From: the human T2T-CHM13v2.0 reference genome, Homo sapiens
DNA length: 64,000 bases
Assembly (NCBI RefSeq): GCF_009914755.1
Contig: NC_060925.1
Strand: one strand, 5' to 3'
The position numbers were made by a program, and so were the translations under genes. Under the pieces are notes generated by a model. It saw only the letters and a program-made list of their open reading frames with translations, was not told the origin of the DNA and did no database searches. Within the stretch, counting starts at the first letter, position 1. The number at the start of each line of letters is the position of its first letter. Below are positions 38,953-55,892 of this stretch, in pieces.

Positions 38953-41900
38953 GAGAATGTTCTATTTCACAGAGCTAGGATTGACTACCATCTTGTGCCG
39001 GCCAAGGAGAGACACTGAATACTGTAACCTCAATTTACTATGTCAGTAATTTGGCAAGAAGGAATTCTTAATGGAGTGAGAGAAATATACCTTTTTTTGT
39101 GTGTGTCTCTAAAGCCAAAATTTTATGCTTCTTGCAAGAGAAGCAATGTCACAAATCTCAAAATTATAATAATATAGACTGTAAGAACTTGAAGGAACAG
39201 AAAGAGGTGCCTCATCCAATCCTCTCAGTTTACAGATGAAATAAATAAATAAATAAATAAATACATTGACTGGTTACAGACACTATAACAAGCTAGTGAT
39301 AGAGCCAAGACTAGAACCCAAGTTCTGATTTTACATAATTAATTGGCCAAGGACATTTAACAGGCCAACTAGTCTAATTCAGAAACACCTGGGTTGTCTA
39401 TGCAGTCATAGGCTAATTCAGTAGAGTTCAAGAATACTTAGAATCTCTCTTTTAGCAGATTTATGGACTTATAAACCACAAGTAAAATGTATTAAGGTAA
39501 AATTTGCTTAAAGGAATTGATAATTAAACCTGAGAGATCAAAAGTCCTAATTACTGAACCATGGCTGCCTAGTAAAGGTGGTTCTGAGAAAGAGACAAGA
39601 AATGGCTGTGTGCTTCTCCCCATTTCTCAGACGAGAAAATTGAGGCATGAGAAAAACAACAAAACCATCTTGCTGCAGAAGAAATGACTCCAAAGAAAAG
39701 ATTTCTTTTTCCTGGGCTGCATTCTGCAATCCAAAATTTGTATAAATCTATAAAGCACTCAAGATTCAGCAAGGGCTCCAGCCCAATCAATAAATAATAT
39801 GTAGAGTTGAGAGATTGAGGTCTCTCAGCAGCTTTACCAAGATCTATTAAAAGTAATTTCAGTTCCCTTTTGAATTGCAGTTCTTTTTCTTTTAGCTCTG
39901 CCAGAAGGTTTTTATTTTATTTGTTCTTGCATTTTGGATGGTGTCCTTTGTTGGCTGTAGGATGGATTTGATTATCTCATTTCATTTGGTCCTTTCCAGC
40001 CTATTTCTGTGATTTGAGTGGGTTGGAAATGGATTTCAAACTTGTTTCCAAATTTGAGGGAGGAGGACATTCTCAACAACCTTGCTTCTTGTCCTCCCCA
40101 GTGGGTCACAGGCCTGCCTTTCCATCCGGGAGTCCCCATGAACCTCGGACTCCCCAGTTCCGTTCTTGCTCCAGCTATGCTTATTCCATTATTTGCTGCC
40201 AAGCCATAGGATACCTCCAAATTAGGCAGGCCTTTTCAGATTGACTTTTAAGGAGAGGAGTGCCTATTGTTTACAGTATTTCAAGTCCATTTTAAAAGCC
40301 AGAAAGTCAATCAGCATATCAAACAGCAACTCTTTATTGGGAAACTACAGTATCTGACACATTGAAAGTCAAAAATAAGCCCAGCAGAAATCATGGCTCA
40401 GACAGGCTGAAGATTTTCCTCACTGACTTCTACCTCTCTATTCATGCAGAGATGGGCAGGATTCCTTCTTAGACAAGGAGGGCAAGTTCACCAAAGTCAT
40501 ACAACCATTTTTTCACAGAAGCTGAAAGCAAAGCAAGGGATGTCTACAACACTAGGATATTTTTTTCACTCACAATCTTCCAGGACATTGCAATGCTAAA
40601 CCTGAAAATGACATGCTATGATTTGCACAGTTCTCTACCAAACAGCACCTAATTACAGCAATTTCCTGTGAGCTGCTTTCCAGATTTCAAGACAGCCTGC
40701 CCTTTGCAGTAGACATCACTGCATGATTCCAGTGACAAGGAGGGAGGAAAAAGGTTTCCTTCAGAAGCCGTGTTAAATAGCAGCCCCTACTAAGCATGTA
40801 GCAGCCACACTTTATCTCACTGACTTAAAGATGAGTAACACACCTGTTCCTGGAAGGCCTAACACTGCTTGCATTTCTTTCCTCACCACAGTGTGATGGC
40901 AATTGCACTGCTCTGTTTCTTTCAGAGGGCATATCCTTTCACTACAAGACCTCTGGAAATATTCTAGCCCATCTATGAATGGAGGTTTGTAAAACTGAGA
41001 GACGATCTGCTGCATTTTGAACTGTGGTTCTAAATAGAGGCAGAGCACACTGCACCTGAATCAAAACCTTGGGGAAAGCTGAGGTCAGGAGACCCGCGTA
41101 GTCTGATTTGAAACCCCTGGTCTACTGGGGACACTGATGCATTTCCAGAAAGGACTACAAGAATCTCCCAGTGCTTTGGCTATAACCCTCACCACATTTT
41201 AGTTAATAAAAGAGGCATTGATTTCCTCAAACTTTCAGAGCTTCTTTCAGGCCAGGTCTTAATTTATTTCTGAATAAGCAAGGGTTCAAGTAAATAACTG
41301 CAGTGTTTATGAAGAACTTTCCTCAAGCTCAGTGGGTTTCTGAAGATTGTTTGCTCTTAGGACCCTCTAGGTCTTATTATAGAGTCAAGACTTATCATGT
41401 TAAGGACAATAGAGGATAGCAAATGACTAAATGATTTTAGCAATATATGCTTGAATAATTTGGATAAAAGAGACTTAATGTGATTATTTTTGAGCAATTC
41501 CTTATGGGGAAAAATACACTTGAACCAGATCTTAAAGTGTGAGCTGGGGATACAAAGAAGAGGAGAGAGTGGGGATTTCAGGCCCTCAGGAATGAGCATG
41601 TAAAGAGGGTGAGGACTCGGCTGGAGCAGAGGCTATGCAGGGTTCCCTTCTATGGCTCAGATGCTCTCCCAGACCTCGATGCCAGAAGCAACAGAAACCT
41701 GCCTAGAGAACAGCTAGCCCAGTCTGCAGTTATCTTCCTGCAAAAGACACTTAAGGCAATTGGATTTTCCTTCTGTCAACAATAAGAGCTTTCTGGAAAT
41801 GCTAAAAAAGCTAATCTAGACCAGCTGAAAAATTGTACAACATGACAAATGAAAGAAATCACCATTTCCATATAAAGATGTATTGTATCCACTGTCTCCC

Positions 41901-42049
41901 TTGTGCATTAATCTTATAATTCTATCAAAAAGCAATAATTAACTTTGCACAGAATTATTTTTAAATATAACATTTTTATAGCTCATGAGTTGGTGCTATT
42001 CTAGTTATTTATGAATTTTTTCTCTTTAATGGTATATTATTTTATCATG

Positions 42050-42290
42050 GAAGAGACAGATTAGCATAAGAACTTTAGAGGGAGACAGATGTGGATATGA
42101 ATCCAACTCTGCTAATTACCAGTCATGAGTCATTGAGGAAGAAACTGACATTTTCTGAGCCTTGATTTCCTAGAAAATAACATGGAATTCAACATTTGTT
42201 CATAGAAACGATGGACCATTAAGTAAAATGACATACCAAAATATACCTGGCACAAGGCAGTCATTCAATAAATGGGCACTATTGTTACAG
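42050..42290 (+). mobile_element. MIR
   Basis: 'gaatccaactctgctaattaccagtcatgagtcattgaggaag...ttctgagccttgatttcc'. Confidence 0.65.
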
Positions 42291-42711
42291 TTCTCCTATT
42301 TGTAATATCTAAGAGTTTACTCTATTTGTTGGAGTCAGGGGAGGGGCATTACATTAAAAATCTTAATTTAATTTATTTTATTTTCTATTATCTTTCTTTT
42401 TGTATGCTAATGAATCCAAGCAACTATTGAAACTAATCCCTAAACTTCACAGTTTAAACGTTTTCCAATAATCCCAAAGGGCTATGAAGAAACCAAACTT
42501 AGAACAAATAAATATAGGATATGCAGCTTATATAAACCCAAGGCTTAATAACCTCAGTTAATTTAGTACATTGGACAAAAAAATCTGTCCAACTAGTTGC
42601 CTCAATGGAATAACCAGCTGGATTAACTGAATTTTTAATTTACCAACAAATTGAATATTACCACCTCACATCAGATTAGAAATGTGTATGTGGTCAAATC
42701 ATGAAGCCTGG

Positions 42712-43079
42712 TGTTTTAGTCTGTTTTCTGTTGTTATAATAGAATACCACAGACTGGATACTTTATAAAGAAATGTATTTCTTACAGTTCTGAAGACTGG
42801 GAAGTCCAAGAGCATGGCACTAGCATCTGGGGAGGCCCTTCTTGCTGCCTCGTAACATGGCAGAGGGCATCACATGGCAAGACAGCAATGGTGTACCAGT
42901 GTAGGTCTCACTTCCTCCTCTTATAAAGCCATGAGTCCCATCATGGGGGCCCTGTCCTGATGACCTACTCTAATCCTAATTACCTCCTAAAGGCCTCACC
43001 TCCAAATACCATCAGCATATGAATTTGGAGATTAAGTTTTCAACACACGAAATTTGGGGGCACATTCAACACTGTGGCA
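42712..43079 (-). mobile_element. MaLR solo LTR (MSTC/MLT1A-like)
   Basis: TGTTTTAGTCTGTTTTCTGTTG...ctgggaagtccaag...cacattcaacactgtggCA. Confidence 0.85.
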
Positions 43080-43699
43080 GTCATGAATAGTAGATTTCTA
43101 TCCTTTGCACCACTTTGAACTTTTTGCTTGCTAGCTAGCAGTCAAATATGTGAAACAAAAGCAAGACTGTTTTTAGGCACAACTGAAGTAGGCATCTGCC
43201 TTTGGGTATAGTTGAAGAGTCAGCATATCACACAGCCAGGAAGCTTCTAATGAGCTTTATATTCTAAGTTTATATAGCAGATTTAAAAATTCTTCATAAT
43301 TACCATATTGAGAATGTTTAATATTCTCATGCCATTTCAGACTGCACATGCCATACCAACATGCTGACATGTCTCTCTCACTTCTCTGTTGAGGATCACT
43401 TATATGCAGAGTGATGTGGTTGCCATGAAAACTAATGTTCCTTGAGCCTCTATAAAGGTAGGCTCTGTAATGAGGAGTATATTGATTTTGCTTTACTGTC
43501 TTTTGGCTGGCAACATCAAATCCAGTAACTTTAAAAGAATTACTGGCAAACTGGAAAGAGGAAAAAAACTCAAAATCCTGTTACATGACAAATGATTGAA
43601 GGAACAAAGTCCTGGATAAGAGTGCAGTGTGAGGAGGGAGAACTTAATTCCTAACTATCACTATTTGACTGTTGGCCATTCCTCTATTAGAATAGAGCT

Positions 43700-43950
43700 A
43701 AATATAGTGATAATGACAATGACTAACTTACACTGAGCAATTACTATGTTATGGACCCTGTTTTAAGCTATTAAGTGCTACGTCACTCAATCCATACAAA
43801 ATCTATGAGGATTGTGTTATTATTGTACCCATGGTGTAGATGAGGAAACAAAGTCATTAAAAGATTAAATGACTTATGCACAGTCAAACGATAAGTAAAG
43901 ATTACGTAACTTGTCCATGGCTGGCACTGAACTCCAGAGCCCATAGTACT
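43700..43950 (-). mobile_element. MIR
   Basis: 'tagatgaggaaacaaag...ttaaatgacttatgcacagtca'. Confidence 0.75.
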
Positions 43951-44694
43951 ATCTGTTTGGTGTGGCCCTGGTGGGTGAGAAGGGGTAGCTGGTAACCATC
44001 CAGTGGGAACAACCATTTGGTGATTTAAGCAGGTGGGTGTTGGGACACATGGGAGTGGTAATGACCAAGTCAGTTAGATGAAATGAGTTTTTGAGGATTT
44101 ACTTACTAGTTTTTCCCTGCTTTTCCTATTAGGACTGATGGGTCTCCCTTCCTTTAAGCTATAGTATGAAAGCCATGTGGTAAGGTGTCAAAGGTGTGGA
44201 CCAGATTCAATGTGTGACTCATTGGTTTCTTAACTATGTGACCTCGGGAAAAAAAAAAGTTACTTAATACCTTATGCTTCCTCTGTAAAATGTGCTCTAA
44301 AATATTAATCTTAAAAAGATATACAGTTTATTCTATAGGTATTACTAGAAGATGAATAATTATAATCTATTCTTATTGAAATTAAGTTGACTTTGCTACC
44401 CAGAGCCTATTGAGTTAAGAGAGAAAGACATTTGTAGAAACAACTCTGGGAGACTGGAATGGTTGTACTATGAATGGGACATGAGAGATTCTCTCTAGAT
44501 CATTATCCTTTACCTGTGAAAAAGCTAAGGACTAGGATGTCATTTATACTACATACAGATGCAACTACCAGTAACAACAGTATTTCTTAGTGTTGCATTT
44601 CCTGAACCTCTTGGGGATGTTAGCAGATTCTGCATGAGAAAGAAAGGGAATCTGAAATAAAACTCACTTCAGTCAAAGCGTGTGAAGTTTTAAT

Positions 44695-45008
44695 TATAGA
44701 AGATAAATATGTTCTGAAGATCTACTATATGGCATAGTGCCTATAGGTGACAGTAGTGTAATATGTGCTTAAATTTTACTAAGAGGGTAGATCTTATGTT
44801 AAGTGTTCTTACACTTTCCTCACACACACAATAACAACAAAATGGATGGGAAGAAACTTTGGAAGGTGTTAGATAACGTTCATAGCCTTGATGGTGGTGA
44901 TTCATTTCATGGGTATATTCTTATTCCCAAACTCATCAACTTGTTAATATATTAAATACGTGCAGCTTTTTACATGTCAATCACACATCAATAAAGTGGT
45001 TTTTAAAT
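44695..45008 (+). mobile_element. L1MA/MB-type 3'-end fragment
   Basis: 'actaagagggtagatcttatgttaagtgttcttacac...tcaatcacacatcaataaagtggt'. Confidence 0.8.
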
Positions 45009-45782
45009 TATTTAAGAGGAATTCTATTCAATTTCCCTCTTAAGGGTGGAAAGATAATTAGCTTATGAAAGTTTCTGAGAAGTTCTGGTAAAGAAACTTA
45101 CTTAGACTTGTAACTAAAAATCCCGTGTTGTGATTAAGCAGGATTTATCTCAGGAAAGCCAGAAAAATTAATACCAAAAAACATGTAAGTATAAACCACT
45201 CTCCAATATGTTATGGTAGAAAAATCATACTCATTGATTCTGAAAAGGAATTTGAAATGCCAGAGCCATTCTTACTAAAACATTATATAAATGAAGAATA
45301 AAAAGAAATATTTAAATATAACAAATACCATATACTTGATAATGATATAGCATGATAATAAATAGCAAAATAGTAGGGCGGTTTTAATTTACAAAAGGAA
45401 CTGGACAGAGGTGGTTGTTATCATCATTATTTTTTATATTTCCTTGGAGGTTTTCACACATACAATAAGGCAACAACATAAAATAACTGATATGAACACA
45501 TGAGAAAGAAGAAAGTTATTTCTCCTTTTACCCATCAAAACTCAAAATACTATGATAAAAAATACTAGAATAATTTTGGAAAAGTTACTGGGTACAAGAT
45601 GAAATAAAAACACTACGAAATTTTATTTCATTTAACAGTAACATCTAGAAACAGCAATGTGAAATTTAGTTCATTGTAAAATCCATAAAATGCTTAGAAA
45701 TAAATGTAACAAGGAAGGCACAGTACCCATATGGAAAGAGCTATAAAATGTTATTAAAAATATAAAAATAACATCTTAATAA

Positions 45783-46207
<425 letters not shown>

Positions 46208-46927
46208 TAAATTAGAGAAAATTATTCTAAAGTCAATATGGAAGAATACATTTCCAAGGAGCACCAAGGCAAGTGAAGAACAGCAAGGGAACACGACTTG
46301 CCTCATTAGATATCAACAACCCCCAAAAGTAAGTATAATCAGGTCAAAGTGGTATTGGTATAGGAACACACAGATTTATAAATAGAATAAATCATTCAGA
46401 AGTGCGATATATGGTATATATGTTAAATATTCATTTTATTTAGATGGAAAAGTAATGGAATTTTTAAGAAATAGGGTCAGAATAACTGACTCCTCATTTA
46501 GAAGAGAAAAATGAAACCCCATGTAACACCATATTCAAACATCAATTTCAGATAAAGATCTACCTGTGAAAAGATAAACAATAATTCTTTAAAATTTTTT
46601 CTTTCAACATTGAAGCCTAAACAATAAAATTTTTGCCAGAAATATTTCAGAAACTACAGGTACAATGGAACCTAACCTAATCTTATAGTCTAAAAGCCGT
46701 AAAATGATAATGGAAATAGTTAAATACTATATCAGAATGAAAAACAATCAGATGATAAACGATGCCATATACAAAGTCAATAGACAAGTTATAGATTTGA
46801 GGAAGGATTTGTAACACACAGAAAAGTATTCAGTTTTATACTAAACAAAAATGGTTAAAAAATTTAAATGTGGGCAAAAATACATAAATAGATAACCCAA
46901 GTGATGCAAATAGAAGTGTCAAATTTA

Positions 46928-47278
<351 letters not shown>

Positions 47279-48072
47279 TCAGGAAAATGCAAATCAAAAC
47301 AAATAATAAGATATCACTTTATGTCTACCAGAAAAACAAATTATTTTTAAACTGTAAATGCTGTAGTAGATTTTTCCACCAGAATGAAAGCTCCACTGGG
47401 AGAGTAATATTTTTATTCATTGCTGTATCCCTGGAGTCTAAAATAGATTCTGAAAAAAATAGGTGCTTGCTCGACATTTGTGAAATGAACAATGGGTATA
47501 GGTAACAATTCCACAGCACTTATGTGCCAAGCATGAATTGCTCTGCAGGTGAATTCATTTGACCTTCCCTACGCCCCTATGAAGTAAGGGTTGTTATTAC
47601 CATTTTGCAGATGTGGAATTTGAGGCACGAGGGGGCACATCTAATAAGTTACGGAGCTAGGAATTGAATTCAGGCAGTCTGGCACCTGATTGTCTGCACC
47701 TAAGGACAAGAATGTACTGCCTCTTCCCCTATCCACATCACTGGTTGGGGTATGGGAAAGAGCACAACTTTTATATGGAAAGCAAGTTGGCAGGAATTCC
47801 ACTCCTAAAACCAAAAAATACCAAGAAGTAAGGATATGTGCAAGGACACTTATTGCCCCATTTTTTGAAGTGGAAAAAAGTGAAAGAAAAGGAAATTGCT
47901 GAATAATTTGTGGTAAATACACATGACAGAATAGTATGCTGCTATGAAAATAAAAAATTAGAATCACGACAGTTGACTTGGATCAATGTTAGTAAAGATA
48001 ACTTATTAAAAAAATTTTAAATATGCAAACAGAAATATAAATATAATATTCTAATTTTGGTAAAATTGGACA

Positions 48073-48077
<5 letters not shown>

Positions 48078-48122
<45 letters not shown>
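48078..48122. repeat. (TG)n microsatellite, about 20 units
   Basis: Pure TG run. Confidence 0.95.
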
Positions 48123-48124
<2 letters not shown>

Positions 48125-48283
48125 CTTGATATGATTAAATTACTAGAGAAACACTTCTAGCTTGTTACCATGGGTACCCAGGGGATTGGGCTGGGTACCG
48201 ATGCAAGTAGGATAAGGAAAACAAAGTGAAAACCAAGTAAAAAATTGGAAAAATAAATACTATTATTAGAAGTGTATATGATC

Positions 48284-48584
48284 AGCCGGATGTGGTGGTT
48301 CATACCTGTAATCCTAGCACTTTGGGAGGCCGAAGCAGGCGGATCATCTGAGGTCAGGAGTTCGAGACCAGTCTGGCCAACATGGCGAAACACCATCTCT
48401 ACTAAAAATATAAAAATTAGTCGGGTGCGATGGTGGGAGCCTGTAATCCCAGCTACTAGGGAGGCTGAGGCAGGAGAATCACTTGAACTCAGGAGGTGGA
48501 GGTTACAGTGAGCCGAGATCGTGTCACTGTACTCCAGGCTGGGTGACAGAGTGAAAGTCTGTCTCAAAAAAAAAAAAAAAAAAA
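48284..48584 (+). mobile_element. AluS
   Basis: TSD AGAAGTGTRTATGATC on both sides. Confidence 0.95.
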
Positions 48585-48644
48585 GAAGTGTGTATGATCA
48601 CATTTATGCACTTTGTGAGATTATGTATAATAAAAATAAATTTA

Positions 48645-50100
<1,456 letters not shown>

Positions 50101-50290
50101 AAGAGTTGACTTTAAAAAATAAAATAGAAACATGAAATAAAGCTCCTGATGAAGGCTCTTTGCCATCAAAACTATCTGTGGTCTGCATTGATGTCTGGCT
50201 TCTCTGATTCTTGCCAAACTGCTCATCGCTATTAAGACTAAGTTTCTCTCCAGGTTGATTCAAAGCAACCAATCCAATCTTTTTAACACA

Positions 50291-50948
50291 TTTTTATGTA
50301 TGTATGTATGTATGTATTTATTTTTAGACATAGGTGGGCCACCGAAGTTCTTTGACTTGCTATTTATTTCTTTCCACCATTATGTCTCCACCTCTCTAGT
50401 AGCGCTGAGCCAGTCGACTTATCATTTGTTTGCATCTGCCTTACAGATTTCTACCTTTCAACCTTCTTAATCCTTCACCGGGAATATTATGGCCTGCCCT
50501 GGTAAACAATATGTCCCTTCCTCCTTCAAAACATGTTCTAAACTTCTCTCCTAGGGAACTGACATGGTTTGAATGTTAGTCCCCTCTAAATCTCATGTTG
50601 AAATGTGATTCCCAATGTTGGAGGTGGGGCCTGGTGGGAGGTGACTGGATTGGAGGGTCTCACTCTGTCACCCAGGCTGAAGTACAGTGATGTGATCTCA
50701 GTTCACTGCAACCTCCGCCTCCTGGGCTCAAGCGGTTCTCATGCCTCAGCCTCCCAAATATCAATATCAATATCCCAAGTAGCTGAGACTACAGACATGC
50801 CACCACGCCCTGCTAATTTTTGTATTTTTGGTAGAGATGGGTTTTGCCATGTTGGCCAGGCTGGTCTCAAACTCCTGGTCTCATGTGATCTGCCCATCTC
50901 GCTCTTCCAAAGTGCTGGGATTACAGGCATGAACCACCATGCCTGGCC
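50291..50948 (-). mobile_element. Old Alu (J/S) interrupted by a 321-bp insertion
   Basis: Tail (TATG)n plus 'tttttagac' at 50291-50329; the body resumes with 'agggtctcactctgtc' at 50654. TSD CCAATCCAATCTTTTTAA on both sides. Confidence 0.9.
50330..50650 (+). repeat. Duplicated copy of 51773-52093 (direct repeat, about 91% identical)
   Basis: Manual alignment gives about 27 substitutions and two 4-bp indels over about 320 bp. Confidence 0.95.
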
Positions 50949-51324
50949 CCCAATCCAATCTTTTTAAAAGGAGATTCCTCCACTTCTCTAAAATCTTAGA
51001 TACATTTACTTTTCAGTCATATCTTATAAACTGCCAACGCCCATCTTTAAAAATTGCAAGTGTGAGTTTCTTGAGCTGACATTCATTATGAATGGGGGCC
51101 TAACTTGGGATCTCACAGACAACCATTAACTATTGCTGAACAATCCTAACTTAAAAAATACAATCCCTCAGGCACAGGTAATAGTTTATAAATAATTTAT
51201 GACACTGTCCCAGCCTTTGACACTCTGAGCAGCCTCTTGTTACCAGGTAAGCCATGGCCACTCAGTGTTTACTCCTGTAGGCTGCCCACTGCAGGTAGAG
51301 TCAGGTGAGATAATGATCAGAGAG

Positions 51325-51490
51325 CAGCGGTTGCTCATTTAAATCACTTGAAGAGCTTTTTAAAAACACTGATTCCCAGGCCCCAACTCAGGCTCCCTAA
51401 ATCAAAGTGTCTAGCGGTGAGTCCTGGGCATTGATATTTCTAAGAAGCTCTCAGATCACTTGAATGAACAGTCGGGATTGGAAATCACCA
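51325..51490. mobile_element. MER5A-like hAT MITE
   Basis: 'aatcacttgaagagctttttaaaaacactgattcccaggcccc...gattggaaatcacca'. Confidence 0.7.
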
Positions 51491-51998
51491 TGTCAAAGGG
51501 AGAGAAAAAAGAGATGTCATTTGGCAACTTCTAAAAAACCTGTACCTGGTGACATGAAACTATTTTTTAAAAAGCAGAAAACAAGTGCCCAGAATCGAGA
51601 AGAAAAAGATAAGCATTTTAAAAAATTTTAAAAATAAATGTGTTTAACCTCAGAATTTCCTCTTAATTTGACCGCACAACGAGATTGACACCTATGAACA
51701 GTTTACAGACCAACAGTGCACCAGTGAACACAGCCTCAGAATTGCTGGCTGAGTGTGACACAGCCAGATGATATAGGTGGGCCACCGAGGTTGTTTGGCT
51801 ATTCATTTCTTTCCACCATTATGTCTCCATCTCTCTAGCAGAGCTGAGCCAGTCGGCTTATCATTTGTTTGCACCTGCCTTACTTATTTCTACCTTTCAA
51901 CCTTCTTAATCCTTCACTGGAAATATTATGGCCCGCCCTGGTAAACAATATGTCCTTTCCTCCTTCAAAACATGGTCTAAACTTCTCTCCTAGGGAGC

Positions 51999-52409
51999 TG
52001 ATATGGTTTGGATGTTTGTTCTGTCTAAATCTCATGCTGAAATGTGATTCCCAGTGCTAGGTGGAGGTGGGGCCTGGTGAGAGGTGATTGGATCACGGGC
52101 GCAGATCCCTTATGAATGGTTTAGTGCCATTTTCTTGGTGATGAGTGAATTCTTGCTCAGTTAGTTCATAGGAGATCTGGTTGTTTAAGAGATGGATCTC
52201 CCCCTTCTCTCTCTCTTGCCACGTGATTCACTTGCTCGCCCTTCAACTTCCACGGTGACTGCAAGCTTTCTGAGGCCCTCACCAGACGGAGATGTTGGCA
52301 CCACATTTCCTGTATAGCTTGCAAAACTGTGAGCCAAATAAACATCTTTTTTTATAAATTACCTAGCCTCAGGTATTTCTCTATAGCAATGTAAAAAATA
52401 ACTAATACA
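51999..52409 (+). mobile_element. MaLR solo LTR (MSTB-like)
   Basis: TGATATGGTTTGGATG...ACTAATACA. Flanks GGAGC/GGAGG. Confidence 0.9.
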
Positions 52410-53379
52410 GGAGGCTTCCTTGATAGATAGAATGCCTGCTTACATAATGCCTGTAACCTCACTCCTCAAAGCTGATTAGCATCGTCCATCCAGGAGCTTG
52501 TAAGAAAGGCATAATCTCGGGCCCCGTTCCAGGCCTACTAAGACAGAATCTGCATTTTAACAAGCTCCCTAGGTGATGAAGAGCTCACTAAAGTGTTTTC
52601 CCATCACTCACTGAAACCTCACAAGTGAGGGAGGGCAAGACCACTGGCCGTCCCTGTAAACCACAGGCCTGGTGTTTGGTCTGGGCTGCTTTTTGTAGAT
52701 GTTAACTGCAGAGCTAATTTTGTTATAAATTTTCTCATGTTCATTCCAGGTTCAAATGGCAGCAAGTTGAAACGTGGCTTCTTCTTGCTTTGTTCTTTCC
52801 TCATTTTTTGAGGTACAGGTGACACTAAAAAGGACAGGAGACATCTTGCTTTTCCATATGCCCTAGAAGAGAAAGAAAGTCTTCTCATGCACAGATCAGG
52901 AGGAAGGAACAGAGTTTCGCATTTTAAAAACTGAGATAAATTCAGATATCATAAAATCTATCCTTTTGAAATGTACAATTCAGTGGTTTAGTATGTTGAC
53001 AAAGTCATGCAACCATCACCAATACCTAATTTCAGAAAATTACTATCATCGCAAAAAGAAACCCCATACCAATTATTCACTCCATATTCCTCTTGTCCCC
53101 TGCCCCCTGGCAAACACTCCTACTTTTCTGCCTCTATGGATTTGTCTATTCTGAGTATTTCATGTAAGTGGAATCATACACTATGTGGTCTTTTGTGTAT
53201 ACTTTCTTACATGTGGCTTAATGTTTTCAAGGTTCATCCACATTGTAGCATGCATCATTATGTCAGTCATTTTTATGACTGAATCCCATTGTATGGATAT
53301 ACCACATTTGGGTTATCTATTATCATTTGATGGACGTGTACGTTGTTGCCACTTTTTTGTTATTAAGAATAGCAATGCT

Positions 53380-54190
<811 letters not shown>

Positions 54191-55544
54191 TAAACAACGT
54201 ATGATGATTCTAAATTCTTCATATTCTTGATTGTTATTGTCCATCTTTTTTATTATACCATCTTAGTGAATATAAAATAGTAGCTCATTGTGGTTTGGGT
54301 TTGTATTTCCCTAGTGACTAATAAATTGAGGATCTTTTCATGTGCTGCTGGCCATTTGTATGTCTTTTGGGGAGAAATCTCTACTCAAATAATTGCTCAA
54401 TTTTTTATTGAGTTATTTATCTTTTTATTATTGAGTTGCAAGAGTTGTTTACATATTCTGAATACCAGTTCTTTTTCATATATATGATTTACAAACATTC
54501 TCTCTCATTCTGTGAGTTGTCTTTTCACTTTCTTATTACTGTCCTTTGAAACACACAGTTTTTAATTTTGACAGAGTCCAATTTATTTTGTTGTTGTTGT
54601 TATTGTTGTTGCTTGAGCTTTTGGTGTCATATGCAAGGAAACATGGCCAAACTCAAGGTTTTAGATTGGATTTTCTTCTAAGAATTTTGTAGTTTTAGCT
54701 CTTATATTTAGGTTTTGAATCTTTTTTTTTTTTTTTTTTTTTTTTTGCCTGTGGATACACAGTTGTCCCAGCACCATATGTTGAAAAGACCATTATTTCC
54801 CTCCATTTAATTGTCTTGCCCTCCTTGTCAAAAATCAATGACCATAAACGTGAGGATTTGTTTCTAAACTTTCAATTCAATTTCATACTCTCTTGATTCC
54901 TGCTGTTTTGTAGTAAATTTTGAAACCAGGAAGTGTGAATCCTCCAACTTTGTTCTTTTTTAAGATTGTTTCAGCTTTTCTGTTTTTTTTTTAAATTTTG
55001 TTATAAATTTTAGGATCAGATTATTGATTTCTATAAGAGTTCAGCTGGGATTTTGATAAGGATTTCATAAATCTATAGCTCACTTTGGGAAGTTTTACTA
55101 TATTAACAATACTAAGTTTCCCAATCCATAAATATGAAATGTCTTTCCATTTACTTAGATTTTTTAAATCTTTCAACAATGTTTTGTAGTTTTCAAAATA
55201 TATTTTTACTTTTATACTGAATTGATTTCTAAGCATTTTATTCTTTTTGGTGTGTTTATACATGCTATTGTTTTTTAAATTTCATTTTCAAATTTTTTTT
55301 GCTAACCCATAAAATGCAATTGATACTTGTATATCGATTGGGTATCCTGAAGACTTGCTGGACTTGTTTATTAGTTCTAATATGATTTTGTGAATTTCCA
55401 AGGACTCTATATACAAGATTATGCTATCTGGGAATAGAGATAGTTTTATTTCTTCCTTCCAAACTGGATGCCTTTTCTTTCTTTTACTTTTCTAATTGCT
55501 CTGACAGCCTCCAGTACAGTGTGAATAGAAGTGACAGAAATGGA

Positions 55545-55892
55545 TGATATGGTTTGGATATTTGTCCCACCCAAATCTCATGTTGAAATGTGATCCCCAG
55601 TGTTGGAGGTAAGGCCTGGTGAGAGGTGTTTGGGTCATGGCTTGGTGCTGTTCTCATGATAGTAGGTTCTCCGGAGAGCTGGCTGCTAAAATGTGTGGCA
55701 TCTCCTTCCTCTTGCTTCCATTTCACCTTCTGCCTTAAGTAAAACTCCCTGAGGCCTCCCAGAAGTTGAGAGATGCCAGCCCCATGCTTCCTGTACAGCC
55801 TGCAGAACTGTGAGCAAGTTAGACCTATTTTCTTTAAAAAAGATTGCCCAGTCTCAGGTATTTCTTCATAGCAACAAGAATGACCTCACACA
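55545..55892 (+). mobile_element. MaLR solo LTR (MSTB-like)
   Basis: TGATATGGTTTGGATATTTGTCC...CACACA. Flanks ATGGA/GTGGA. Confidence 0.9.
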
